A DNA stretch of 64,000 nt from an uncultured virus (IMG/VR IMGVR_UViG_3300006120_000013) (IMGVR_UViG_3300006120_000013), one strand, 5' to 3'; positions 50,527-59,758 are shown, numbered from the stretch's first letter. Made by a program: numbers and translations. The notes: a model not told the origin generated them from the letters alone.

Positions 50527-52064
50527 ACGAGAATTTAACGGCAACACAGAATGACTATGCGGTTTTCCTACCTGCCGTTAGTACTTTCTATTCAACATTT
50601 ATAGGGAAACAACGATTTAGCAACTATGTAGATCCTACTCGAATACCAGCAGGATTTACTAACGGTGTCGAAGGATTAAACTTCTTTGATCCAGAAAAAG
50701 GTTACTTCTATTACAAGTGGGGATTGTATTCAGCAGGTCATGCTGAATTAGATCTCAATAAGATTAGCGAAAAGGAAGATATGTTTCGCAAACGACCACG
50801 CAACGGTGATAGCATTGTTGTTGGTGATAGTGGAGGCTTCCAGATCGGTAAAGGCGTTTGGGAAGGTGATTGGAAAGATCCTAATTGTCCTAAGGCCAAG
50901 AAGAAAAGAGAACAAGTCCTTGCTTGGATGGATGCTCTTATGGACTATGGAATGATTCTCGATATTCCGGCATGGGTTGCTCGTAGTCCGGCAGGTGCTA
51001 AAGCAACTGGTATTAGTTCTTATCAAGAAGCAGTTAATGCTACATTCATTAACAATGATTATTTTATTAGAAACAGAAATGGGAGTTGTAAGTTTTTAAA
51101 TGTTTTACAAGGTGAAAACCATACCGAGGCCGACGATTGGTACGATCGTCAAAAAAAGTATAGCGATCCTAAAGTATATCCAAATGAACATTTCAACGGG
51201 TGGTCTATGGGTGGTCAAAATATGTGCGATGTTCATCTTGTTTTACGTCGTCTTGTGGCTCTTCGTTATGATGGGCTAATTGAAAAAGGTAAACAAGATT
51301 GGATGCATTTTCTTGGTACAAGTAAACTAGAGTGGGCATGTTTATTAACTGATATACAACGAGCAGTTCGTAAATATCACAACGAGAACTTTACTGTTTC
51401 TTTTGATTGTGCTAGTCCTTTTCTTGCTACTGCTAATGGACAAGTTTATATTCAGACAGAAACTCCACATCATAAGAAGTGGACATATCGAATGGTTCCT
51501 TCTATAGATGATAAAAAATATGCTACAGATACAAGAACATTCCGTGATGCTGTTTTACAAGATGGTATTTTTAAGAACTTTACCGACTCTCCAATTAGTT
51601 CACGTTCTTTAGTCAAAGATGTTTGTATCTATAAGCCAGGCGATCTAAATAAGAATGGTAAGGAAGGTAGAACTTCTTGGGATAGTTTTTCATATGCCAT
51701 TCAAATGGGACATAATGTATGGATGCATATTAATTCGGTTCAAGAAGCAAATAGACAATATGATAATAAAGTGATTCCAAACATGTTATTTATGGACGGA
51801 TTTGATAGGCTTTATTTCAAAGATGTAGTGGATAGAATCTTTGAGACTGATGATCGCGACAAAGCATTAGAACTCGTCGACGATTATAACAAGTTCTGGA
51901 TTAGCATTATCGGAACAAGAGGTGCTACTGGAAAAAAGACCGTCAATTCTTCAACATTCTTTAATAAACATTTCGACGTTGAAGAAACGCCGGTCGAACA
52001 TCATCTAGATGACAGCGGTCTAGATGAAAGTAATCTTGAAAAGTTAGAGGAGTCTGTAGAATGA
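50523..52064 (+). CDS. TGT-family guanine transglycosylase, probably DNA-acting (DpdA-like)
   Basis: VGDSGGFQIG, ILDIP, NVLQG, GWSMGG, MHFLG, SFDCASP; heads a queD/folE/queE cluster next to replication genes. Confidence 0.75.
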   Translation: MNENLTATQNDYAVFLPAVSTFYSTFIGKQRFSNYVDPTRIPAGFTNGVEGLNFFDPEKGYFYYKWGLYSAGHAELDLNKISEKEDMFRKRPRNGDSIVVGDSGGFQIGKGVWEGDWKDPNCPKAKKKREQVLAWMDALMDYGMILDIPAWVARSPAGAKATGISSYQEAVNATFINNDYFIRNRNGSCKFLNVLQGENHTEADDWYDRQKKYSDPKVYPNEHFNGWSMGGQNMCDVHLVLRRLVALRYDGLIEKGKQDWMHFLGTSKLEWACLLTDIQRAVRKYHNENFTVSFDCASPFLATANGQVYIQTETPHHKKWTYRMVPSIDDKKYATDTRTFRDAVLQDGIFKNFTDSPISSRSLVKDVCIYKPGDLNKNGKEGRTSWDSFSYAIQMGHNVWMHINSVQEANRQYDNKVIPNMLFMDGFDRLYFKDVVDRIFETDDRDKALELVDDYNKFWISIIGTRGATGKKTVNSSTFFNKHFDVEETPVEHHLDDSGLDESNLEKLEESVE

Positions 52065-52264
52065 CTGATGACAAACTAAATTCACATTACAGAGTAGTAA
52101 AAGCAAGACATGACGAACTTGACAAAAAGATCGAGGAAGCATATAATCACTATGTTAGTGATGACGAACTTCATAAGATGAAAGTTGAGAAACTACATCT
52201 TAAAGAAGAAATGGCTAAAATTGAAGCAATTAAAAGTGGTTTTCACGGATATCAAGCAACCTAA
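52061..52264 (+). CDS. Small coiled-coil protein (DUF465/YdcH-like)
   Basis: RHDELDKKIEE...ELHKMKVEKLHLKEEM. Confidence 0.55.
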   Translation: MTDDKLNSHYRVVKARHDELDKKIEEAYNHYVSDDELHKMKVEKLHLKEEMAKIEAIKSGFHGYQAT

Positions 52265-52273
52265 GGAAATAAA

Positions 52274-52867
52274 ATGAAGAGAGACTACGACAATGGTGTT
52301 AAAGATGATGTCAAATTCTTTGTTGGCACGGAAATAGAGCATACTCCTGCTTACGAAAAGAAAACACTCTTTGTCGTAGGCTTACAGAATCCAGATAAGG
52401 TTGCTAAACTTGCTCAAGCAATGGATATAGATCATATCTATCTCGGTGCTAATCATAGTTTTAATAATACTAATCTTATGTACTGGGAGGCAGTTATTTT
52501 AGAATTACTTAAAAGAGACTTTTGGGTAACTTTAGATTTTGATTACAAATATTATGAAGATATTATGGATAGTCTTGCTTATTGGAATGAACATGATAGA
52601 TTTATTTCACAAATTAGTATAAAATTACCTTATACATCACTACTTAATTACAATACCTGTATTAAGATTGACGACAAAGACTTTAGAGCAACTAATCCGG
52701 GTGTATGGGTACATCATTTACACGACTTACAGGATCGTAAAAAGTTTACAGATTGGTCACAATATGGCAAAGACACTCCAATAGTTGTAGATGAACCTAA
52801 CGAAACTGCTACAACTGTTATAGAAGATGAAATTTTAATTGTGGAGACAGTATACAATGGCGCCTGA
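52274..52867 (+). CDS. Hypothetical protein within the deazaguanine cluster
   Basis: 197 aa, AAGGA RBS; HIYLGANHSF, KIDD.DF.ATNPGVW.H. Confidence 0.65.
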   Translation: MKRDYDNGVKDDVKFFVGTEIEHTPAYEKKTLFVVGLQNPDKVAKLAQAMDIDHIYLGANHSFNNTNLMYWEAVILELLKRDFWVTLDFDYKYYEDIMDSLAYWNEHDRFISQISIKLPYTSLLNYNTCIKIDDKDFRATNPGVWVHHLHDLQDRKKFTDWSQYGKDTPIVVDEPNETATTVIEDEILIVETVYNGA

Positions 52868-53219
52868 TAGTGGAATGATATGGGTTACTTTTCGTAAGGA
52901 AGGTATTCACAAATATCCAGCAGCATTAGATGATCCTAATCTTGCTGATGTTAGTTTTCTCGGTTATCCACATAGACATATGTTCCATTTCAAAGTTTGG
53001 ATTGAAGTATTTCATGAAGACCGAGAAATTGAATTTATTCAATTTAAGCGTTGGCTAGAAAGTTTGTATAGCGGAACACTCGAATTAAGTTACAAAAGTT
53101 GCGAAATGATTGCACAAGATTTATATCTTCAAATTAAACAAAAATATCCAGGGCGTGAGACTTGGATTGAAGTTAGTGAGGATGGAGAAAATGGCTGTTT
53201 CAAACAATGGAAAAACTAA
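52857..53219 (+). CDS. queD: QueD-like 6-carboxytetrahydropterin synthase (T-fold)
   Basis: EGIH...GYPHRHMFH.KV.IEV...IEF...SCEMIA...IEVSEDG metal-binding His pattern; cluster context. Confidence 0.6.
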   Translation: MAPDSGMIWVTFRKEGIHKYPAALDDPNLADVSFLGYPHRHMFHFKVWIEVFHEDREIEFIQFKRWLESLYSGTLELSYKSCEMIAQDLYLQIKQKYPGRETWIEVSEDGENGCFKQWKN

Positions 53220-53232
53220 GGAGAACAATATA

Positions 53233-53439
53233 ATGGCGTTTAGTAGATATCCTGATATTAATAAAATCTTTGATGAATTAGATGCTTATCTAGCATTTTG
53301 TAAAGAGTTTGGTTACGTGTATAATGAGAAGGACTTATATAATTTCAAGACACCATATGGTCAATTTGATCGTTGGAAGCGAGGCCAAAGAATAACAAAC
53401 AATTGGAGAGAAGATAGATTCAATGTTGTATCTAGTTGA
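53233..53439 (+). CDS. Hypothetical protein
   Basis: 68 aa, AGGAG RBS; IFDELDAYLAFCKEFGYVYNE. Confidence 0.6.
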   Translation: MAFSRYPDINKIFDELDAYLAFCKEFGYVYNEKDLYNFKTPYGQFDRWKRGQRITNNWREDRFNVVSS

Positions 53440-54505
53440 TTTGGAACCAGTCGATACTCGTTATACTTCACAATGGAGAAAATATCTACCTCTTCAATTA
53501 AGAGATGCAGGTATTGAAACAACCATTATACCAGGAGGACATGTTCCACAAACTTTAACTCCAGGTGCTTTTTTAAACTTTGCCGGTACTAATAATTACA
53601 AAAGCCAACAAATGTTAAGAATAAGTCAATTATTCTCAAATGGATCTATCAAGGACGGTGATTATTTCTTATATACCGATGCTTGGAACCCTACCGTTAT
53701 ACAATTAAAGTATATGGCAGAATTACTAGGTATTAAGATTAAAATTGGTGGTATGTGGCATGCTGGTAGTTATGATCCTCAAGACTTTCTAGGTAGGCTC
53801 ATAGGTGATGTTCCTTGGGTAAGAAATGCTGAGGCATCTATGTTTCATTGCTATGATCATAATTTCTTTGCTACCGAATTTCATCTCAAAATGTTTCTTA
53901 AAGAACTGTTTGGCGAAGATGACATTGAGGGATGGAAAGAATATTATCCAGGAACATTGCTTGTCGGATGGCCGATGGAATATCTTTACGAATTATTAGC
54001 ACCATATATGCCTGTTCCTAAAGAAAATATAATAGTATTTCCTCATAGACTAGCACCAGAAAAACAGCCTGAGATATTTGATGATCTTGCAATGTCTATG
54101 GAAGATTATGAATACAAGTGGATTAAAGCACAAGAAACTGTATTAACAAAAAATGAATATTATAGATTGTTAGGTCAAAGTAAAATAGTCTTTAGTGCTA
54201 ATTTACAAGAAACATTAGGTATAAGTGTATATGAAGGTGCAATGGTTGGATCATTCCCGTTAATGCCAAATAGATTAAGTTATAAAGAAATGTGGCCGGC
54301 AGATTCTCTGTATCCAAGTGAATGGACAGAAAGTTGGGATTCATACCTAGAACATAAAGACAAACTAATAAATGTTATACACCGAATAATGAATTCGTAT
54401 GATATACCAATGTTAGTTGAATCTAGAAGAATTGCCGAAGAAGTTGGTGAAAAATTCTTTAACGGTAAAGAGATTTATAAGACTATAATTGACTCTACAA
54501 CCTAA
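53423..54505 (+). CDS. Glycosyltransferase (GT-B fold) within the deazaguanine cluster
   Basis: FPHRLAPEK, FSANLQETLGISVYEGAMVG..P..RLSY.E. Confidence 0.75.
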   Translation: MLYLVDLEPVDTRYTSQWRKYLPLQLRDAGIETTIIPGGHVPQTLTPGAFLNFAGTNNYKSQQMLRISQLFSNGSIKDGDYFLYTDAWNPTVIQLKYMAELLGIKIKIGGMWHAGSYDPQDFLGRLIGDVPWVRNAEASMFHCYDHNFFATEFHLKMFLKELFGEDDIEGWKEYYPGTLLVGWPMEYLYELLAPYMPVPKENIIVFPHRLAPEKQPEIFDDLAMSMEDYEYKWIKAQETVLTKNEYYRLLGQSKIVFSANLQETLGISVYEGAMVGSFPLMPNRLSYKEMWPADSLYPSEWTESWDSYLEHKDKLINVIHRIMNSYDIPMLVESRRIAEEVGEKFFNGKEIYKTIIDSTT

Positions 54506-54517
54506 ATAGTATACAAT
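54489..54517 (+). promoter_or_regulatory. Sigma70-like promoter TTGACT-N17-TACAAT upstream of folE, with CTAAATA nested in the spacer
   Basis: Exact 17-nt spacing. Confidence 0.55.
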
Positions 54518-54557
54518 TAACAAATCGCAATCCACTGCGTTAACATCGGAGAAAGAA

Positions 54558-55250
54558 ATGACAATGACTAACTGTACTTGCAATGGCACAGCCGCTGCTA
54601 TTGCTCAACGTCTAAAAGATAAAGGCGTTAGATTTTTTTGTAATGATAATATTAGTGAATATATCTTTCCTGAAGAACACGATCTGCTTCTAGCAGAAGT
54701 CGAAGAAAACATGAAGAAGGTTCTCGAAAGTCTTGTCATTGATACAGAAAACGATCATAATACAAACGATACTGCTCATCGTGTTGCTAAAATGTTTATG
54801 AATGAAATCTTTGCTGGTCGGTATGAGCCACAACCAAAGATTACAGCATTTCCAAATGCTAATTCTTATGATGAACTTTATGTAACTGGTCCCATTACTA
54901 TTCGTTCAACTTGTGCCCATCATTTTCAAGGTATTAGAGGTAGAGCATATATTGGAGTATTTCCAGGTAAAAATGTTATCGGATTAAGTAAATTTAATCG
55001 TATCACAGATTGGATTGCTAGTCGTCCACAAATACAAGAAGAAATGACTGTACAAGTTGCTGATGCAATTGAAAAAGCAACAAAAGCAGAAGGTGTTGCT
55101 GTTCTCATACAAGCAGAACATTTGTGTATGACACATCGGGGTGTAAAAGAACACGAGAGTGATATGACAACTTCTATTATGCGTGGTGCTTTTAGATCTG
55201 ATCCACATTTGAAACAAGAATTTTTTAATATAGTAGCGAGGATGAAATAA
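54558..55250 (+). CDS. folE: GTP cyclohydrolase I
   Basis: DTAHRVAKM, STCAHH, GLSKFNR, RPQIQE, HLCM..RGV. Confidence 0.92.
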   Translation: MTMTNCTCNGTAAAIAQRLKDKGVRFFCNDNISEYIFPEEHDLLLAEVEENMKKVLESLVIDTENDHNTNDTAHRVAKMFMNEIFAGRYEPQPKITAFPNANSYDELYVTGPITIRSTCAHHFQGIRGRAYIGVFPGKNVIGLSKFNRITDWIASRPQIQEEMTVQVADAIEKATKAEGVAVLIQAEHLCMTHRGVKEHESDMTTSIMRGAFRSDPHLKQEFFNIVARMK

Positions 55251-55715
55251 ATGTCATGGCTAAAAGGTATGCTTGAAAATAGTAGTACAAGTACAAGTAA
55301 TGGAACATATGGAGTAGTAGGTGCTACAACTCCTTCCACGTTACCATATACATCTCCAACAACAAATATTGTAGGACCAACTCCTACTACTGTTCCTAAT
55401 GGTGGATATTACAGTGGAAGTGGTGGCGGAAATATATCTACTACAACTTATCCATATGTTACAACAGGTACAGGTGGATTACAAAATAATTATGGTAATA
55501 ATATTCATATTAGTGGTACAAATCCTACATTAGCGACAGATAAAGTAAAAATTAATCTTAATGAATTAGGTGAATTAATATCTGTAATAAAAGAACGTTT
55601 ATTAATCATTACACCAAATTTTGAAAAGATGGAAAAATATCAAGCATTAAAGAAAGCATACGATCATTATAAATTATTAGAATCGATGCTTGGAGACGAA
55701 GGTGACAAAAAATAA
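55251..55715 (+). CDS. Hypothetical protein with S/T/G-rich N-terminus
   Basis: 154 aa; C-terminal KYQALKKAYDHYKLLE. Confidence 0.6.
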   Translation: MSWLKGMLENSSTSTSNGTYGVVGATTPSTLPYTSPTTNIVGPTPTTVPNGGYYSGSGGGNISTTTYPYVTTGTGGLQNNYGNNIHISGTNPTLATDKVKINLNELGELISVIKERLLIITPNFEKMEKYQALKKAYDHYKLLESMLGDEGDKK

Positions 55716-56190
55716 TAGTATATGGGGTAAAGGTAAAAACGGTGAAGATCTTTGTATAACATCAGACATGCTAGATAGTTGGCAAAAACATGTTGATCAA
55801 ATTAATTTGGAAAAAACAATGATTAATACAGGAACAATTACAATACCAAGTAACAATACTATAGATCTTAGTAATATCACTATTGATGCTAGTAGCAGTA
55901 ACAATATGTATTACACTAATAGTGATGGAACAATAAGCACTATTACATTATCACCTCCAAGTGCTAGTAATACTTCTTCCACTTATACAATAGACACCGA
56001 AAGATATTGGGATACTCACAGTGATTTTTTTCGACAAATGCGAGAATTTGAAGACATTATGCCTTCCTTGACAAAAGTCGAAGAAATGTGTAGTATGTAT
56101 CCATCACTAGATAAAGCCTTTGAAAATTTCAAAGCCATTTATAATCTAGTTAAAGATGATTACGAGGCAAGAAAAAACAATGATACCTAA
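55690..56190 (+). CDS. Hypothetical protein, S/T-rich (start uncertain, possibly 55768 or 55819)
   Basis: C-terminal YPSLDKAFENFKAIYNLV resembles that of the upstream ORF. Confidence 0.55.
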   Translation: METKVTKNNSIWGKGKNGEDLCITSDMLDSWQKHVDQINLEKTMINTGTITIPSNNTIDLSNITIDASSSNNMYYTNSDGTISTITLSPPSASNTSSTYTIDTERYWDTHSDFFRQMREFEDIMPSLTKVEEMCSMYPSLDKAFENFKAIYNLVKDDYEARKNNDT

Positions 56191-56677
56191 GACATATATC
56201 TCATGGCAAGACGTTCAAGGACATGTAAACAATATAGCAGTAAAACTATATCGAGATAATTGGACACCTGATTACATTGTAGGTATACATAGTGGTGGAT
56301 CCATTCCTGCTGTTATGCTCTCTAAAATGTTAGGTATTAAATCATATAGTCTCGATGTTAGACTTCGCGACAACGACGAAGATCCAGAAACTAATGCTTG
56401 GATGAGTGAAGATGCTTTTAATGGTATAAAGATTCTAGTTGTAGACGATATCAACGACAGTGGTGCTACTATTAATTGGATTAAAAAAGATTGGAAAGAT
56501 AGTTCTTTGCCTTATGATATTAAATGGGATACTATATTTGGAGATAATGTAAAATTTGCTACAATGATTAATAATCTATCTAGTAATTCGACTGTAGATT
56601 ATTACTCAACTGAGATTAATAAAGCAGAAAAAGACGAATGGATTGTTTTTCCTTGGGAAGATTTTTGGAGTAGATAA
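56180..56677 (+). CDS. Type I phosphoribosyltransferase (Gpt-like)
   Basis: ISWQDV, IVGIHSGG, ILVVDDINDSGAT (PRPP-binding motif), WIVFPWE. Confidence 0.85.
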   Translation: MIPKTYISWQDVQGHVNNIAVKLYRDNWTPDYIVGIHSGGSIPAVMLSKMLGIKSYSLDVRLRDNDEDPETNAWMSEDAFNGIKILVVDDINDSGATINWIKKDWKDSSLPYDIKWDTIFGDNVKFATMINNLSSNSTVDYYSTEINKAEKDEWIVFPWEDFWSR

Positions 56678-56874
56678 TGGATAAGATAGCATATTTTCTT
56701 TCAATCTTAGCAGGTATAATGTTAATTGTACTAACTGTAACTCATATGTCTCAAGCCAAAAAGTTTCTTGTTGATATTGAAACAGAATTAACAACTATTA
56801 ACAAATCTTTAAAACATTTGAATAGAGATTTTAGTAATTTTCCTCCCAACTTATCTGATCTAGAAAAAAGATAA
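56677..56874 (+). CDS. Small membrane-anchored protein
   Basis: N-terminal transmembrane segment followed by a coiled coil. Confidence 0.55.
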   Translation: MDKIAYFLSILAGIMLIVLTVTHMSQAKKFLVDIETELTTINKSLKHLNRDFSNFPPNLSDLEKR

Positions 56875-56876
56875 TA

Positions 56877-56905
56877 TTGACATTTACGTTTAGAAAGCGT
56901 ATATT
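56877..56905 (+). promoter_or_regulatory. Sigma70-like promoter TTGACA-N17-TATATT
   Basis: Consensus -35 and 17-nt spacer; the queE ATG follows 6 nt later with no SD sequence. Confidence 0.65.
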
Positions 56906-56911
56906 AATATT

Positions 56912-57763
56912 ATGAAAATCAAAATATCAGAAATCTTTTACAGTCTGCAAGGCGAAGGACAGTATATAGGTGTTCCTAGTATCTTTTTAAGAACATTTGG
57001 ATGTAATTTTACCTGCGGCGGATTTGGAATGCCACGAGGAAAAGTTTCTACTGAAAGAGATGAGATTGCTAAAAAATCTCTCGAATATATTGATTATAAA
57101 AATTTGCCATTAGTTAGCACAGGTTGTGACAGTTATGCTTCTTGGGATCCTAGATTTAAACATCTATCACCTTTTATGGAAGTCGTAGATATTGTTGATC
57201 GTTTTCAAAAACTACTTCCAGATAGAAAGTTTGGAGAAAAACATTTAATTATTACAGGAGGCGAACCTTTATTAGGTTGGCAACGTTCTTATCCAGAATT
57301 AATTGCTGAGATTTATAATCGAGAAATGAATCTAAAATATTTGACTTTTGAAACTAATGGAACTCAACCATTAGAAGAAAATTTTAAAAAATTCTTAATC
57401 GAGTTAGTTGAAACATTTGGAATAGAAATTACATTTTCAATTAGTTCCAAACTTCCATGTAGTGGTGAAAAGTTTGATGATGCTATTAAACCAGAAGTTG
57501 TAAAAGATTATCTTACTATTCCAAACAGAAGTTATTTCAAATTTGTCATTGCTAATGAACAGGATGCATTAGATGCTCAAGCAGCATTAGGAGAATATAA
57601 GAAAGCAGGAATTGATATTCCAGTTTACTTAATGCCAATCGGTGGTACTAATTCAGTATACGAAATGAATGAAAGACAAGTTGCAGATTATGCTAGGGAT
57701 ATTGGATATAGGTTTAGTCCACGTATTCAAGTTCCACTATATAAAAATGAATGGGGGACCTAA
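56912..57763 (+). CDS. queE: 7-carboxy-7-deazaguanine synthase (radical SAM)
   Basis: ISEIFYSLQGEG, FLRTFGCN, ITGGEPLL, FETNGT, SSKL, FKFV, LMP, FSPRIQ. Confidence 0.85.
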   Translation: MKIKISEIFYSLQGEGQYIGVPSIFLRTFGCNFTCGGFGMPRGKVSTERDEIAKKSLEYIDYKNLPLVSTGCDSYASWDPRFKHLSPFMEVVDIVDRFQKLLPDRKFGEKHLIITGGEPLLGWQRSYPELIAEIYNREMNLKYLTFETNGTQPLEENFKKFLIELVETFGIEITFSISSKLPCSGEKFDDAIKPEVVKDYLTIPNRSYFKFVIANEQDALDAQAALGEYKKAGIDIPVYLMPIGGTNSVYEMNERQVADYARDIGYRFSPRIQVPLYKNEWGT

Positions 57764-58101
57764 TGGGACTTTGGAATTGGATTTTACACGGTGCGTTTGA
57801 ACCAAAAAAAGAAGAACAAGCAGTTGAGCAACCAAAAGTTAAAAAACCAAAATTAACAGAAAAAGAACGTGCTACAAAAAACAAAGAACCATTTGTACAA
57901 GTTCTAGAAACTCATGTTGATCCAAATAATCCAGCAAATGGATACTTTGAATTAGATTGGAACAGTTACTTCATTGACGATTTACGAAAAGCAGGTTATA
58001 CTGGTAAAACTGAAGAGGAGATAATTGATCAATGGTTCAAACAATTATGCCAGAACATACTAGCAGAAGAACAAATGAACAAGGTAGTCCGAATCACATG
58101 A
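57763..58101 (+). CDS. Hypothetical phage protein
   Basis: GYFELDWN.YFI..L...GY.G..EEEIIDQWF. Confidence 0.6.
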   Translation: MGLWNWILHGAFEPKKEEQAVEQPKVKKPKLTEKERATKNKEPFVQVLETHVDPNNPANGYFELDWNSYFIDDLRKAGYTGKTEEEIIDQWFKQLCQNILAEEQMNKVVRIT

Positions 58102-59063
58102 ACTATATAATTGTAGATACTGCTAACACATTTTTTCGAGCCCGACATGTTGTTCGCGGAGATGCTGATATTAAAATAGGAATGGCACTACATGTTACAT
58201 TGGCAAGTATTAAAAAAGCATGGCAAGACTTTAACGGCAATCATGTCGTCTTTTGCTTGGAGGGTCGTTCTTGGCGCAAGGACTATTATCCACCTTATAA
58301 GCGTAATAGGACAGAGGCTCGCGCCGCTCTAACTGAAAAGGAGGCGGAAGAGGATAAACTTTTCTGGGAAACATTTGATAAGTTTAAAGAATTTATTATC
58401 GAAAAAACTAATTGTACTGTACTTCAAAACGATCAACTTGAGGCTGATGACCTTATTGCAGGATGGATTGAATCTCATCCTAATGACAATCACATTATTA
58501 TCTCTACTGATTCCGATTTTGTCCAGCTTATTGCTCCAAATGTTAAACAATATCACGGAATTAACGAACACATCATTACAAATGAAGGAACCTTTACTCT
58601 TAAAGGAAAACCGGTTATTGATAATAAAACTAAACAACCCAAAGGAGCAATTGATCCAGAATGGCTTCTTTTTGAAAAGTGTATGCGTGGTGACCCGACT
58701 GATAATGTCTTTTCAGCCTATCCAAAGGTGCGTAAGAATAAACTTCAAGAAGCTTATGAAGATCGTAGAAATAAAGGTTTTGCATGGAATAATCTTATGT
58801 TACAGCGTTGGGTTGATCACGAAGGCGCTGAACATCGTGTACTCGATGATTATGAACGCAATCGCAGACTTATTGATCTTAAATCTCAACCGGATGAAAT
58901 TAAACAAATCATCCAAGATGTTGTTAGAACAAATAGTATTCCTAAGAATGTTGAACAAGTAGGAATAAGATTAATGAAATTCTGCGGATTATTTGATCTT
59001 GTTAAAATTTCAGAACAAGCACAACAATATGTTGAACCCTTAAATGCAAAATATCCGGAGTAA
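58098..59063 (+). CDS. T4 RNase H-like 5'-3' exonuclease (FEN family)
   Basis: IIVDTAN, SWRKDYYPPYK.NR, LEADDLI, STDSDF.QL, GDPTDNV. Confidence 0.88.
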   Translation: MNYIIVDTANTFFRARHVVRGDADIKIGMALHVTLASIKKAWQDFNGNHVVFCLEGRSWRKDYYPPYKRNRTEARAALTEKEAEEDKLFWETFDKFKEFIIEKTNCTVLQNDQLEADDLIAGWIESHPNDNHIIISTDSDFVQLIAPNVKQYHGINEHIITNEGTFTLKGKPVIDNKTKQPKGAIDPEWLLFEKCMRGDPTDNVFSAYPKVRKNKLQEAYEDRRNKGFAWNNLMLQRWVDHEGAEHRVLDDYERNRRLIDLKSQPDEIKQIIQDVVRTNSIPKNVEQVGIRLMKFCGLFDLVKISEQAQQYVEPLNAKYPE

Positions 59064-59067
59064 TAAA

Positions 59068-59538
59068 ATGGAAATGAAAGCAAAGCCAGTTATTGATGGT
59101 AAGTTTTGGATTATCGAGAGTGGAGTTAATCGTGTTGGAACTTTACAAAGAGACGAATCGAATAAGTTTATACTTGTTTCGAATAAACAAAAAGCGGTTT
59201 TTAAAGATGTTAAAACTTTGGAAAAGCAATTTGGAAAAAACTTTTTTGTTACAGCAAAGACAGAAAAGTCTTCTAAAGACGCAAATGAAATTTACGGATA
59301 TCCAACAAATTGCGACCCACATAATCCGATGTATGATATCAAACGTAAATTACCTTTGTTCACCAAGAGCGATGCCAGCAAGAGCGTTTATTGTGCTGGT
59401 TATTATGCTATACGTTTTGACAAAGGTTGGGTAAGAAGTTTTTGTCCAAAATTAATTACTATACAAAGATACAATCATAAAGGTCCCTTTAAAACAGAAC
59501 TAGAATTAAAACAGGTTTTAAGTAATGTCAACAGATAA
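59068..59538 (+). CDS. Hypothetical phage protein
   Basis: LPLFTKS..SKS.YCAGYY...FCPKLIT; GGAG RBS. Confidence 0.6.
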   Translation: MEMKAKPVIDGKFWIIESGVNRVGTLQRDESNKFILVSNKQKAVFKDVKTLEKQFGKNFFVTAKTEKSSKDANEIYGYPTNCDPHNPMYDIKRKLPLFTKSDASKSVYCAGYYAIRFDKGWVRSFCPKLITIQRYNHKGPFKTELELKQVLSNVNR

Positions 59539-59758
59539 GATATCAATAGCAATATTAGAAGATTTCATTAAAAAAGTTCGTCTTGCCTCTAAAGGTGGAC
59601 AAAAAGAGATAAAAATACCTGTTTCCGAAGCAGAGAATATTGTACATAATCTCAGTCTATTAACTCTAAGAATTTTAGATAGATCTCAAAAAATAGAACC
59701 AAAAGAAGAGGTTATAAGCATTGTTATGGATGGCGGGGGATTCGAAGAAAAGCGATAA
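59525..59758 (+). CDS. Hypothetical protein
   Basis: 77 aa, ends MDGGGF. Confidence 0.55.
   Translation: MSTDKISIAILEDFIKKVRLASKGGQKEIKIPVSEAENIVHNLSLLTLRILDRSQKIEPKEEVISIVMDGGGFEEKR

Noticed and set aside
54520..54557. Canonical preQ1-I or THF-II riboswitch before folE
   Set aside because: The stem and loop are too short and there is no A-rich tail; kept only as an unclassified candidate element.
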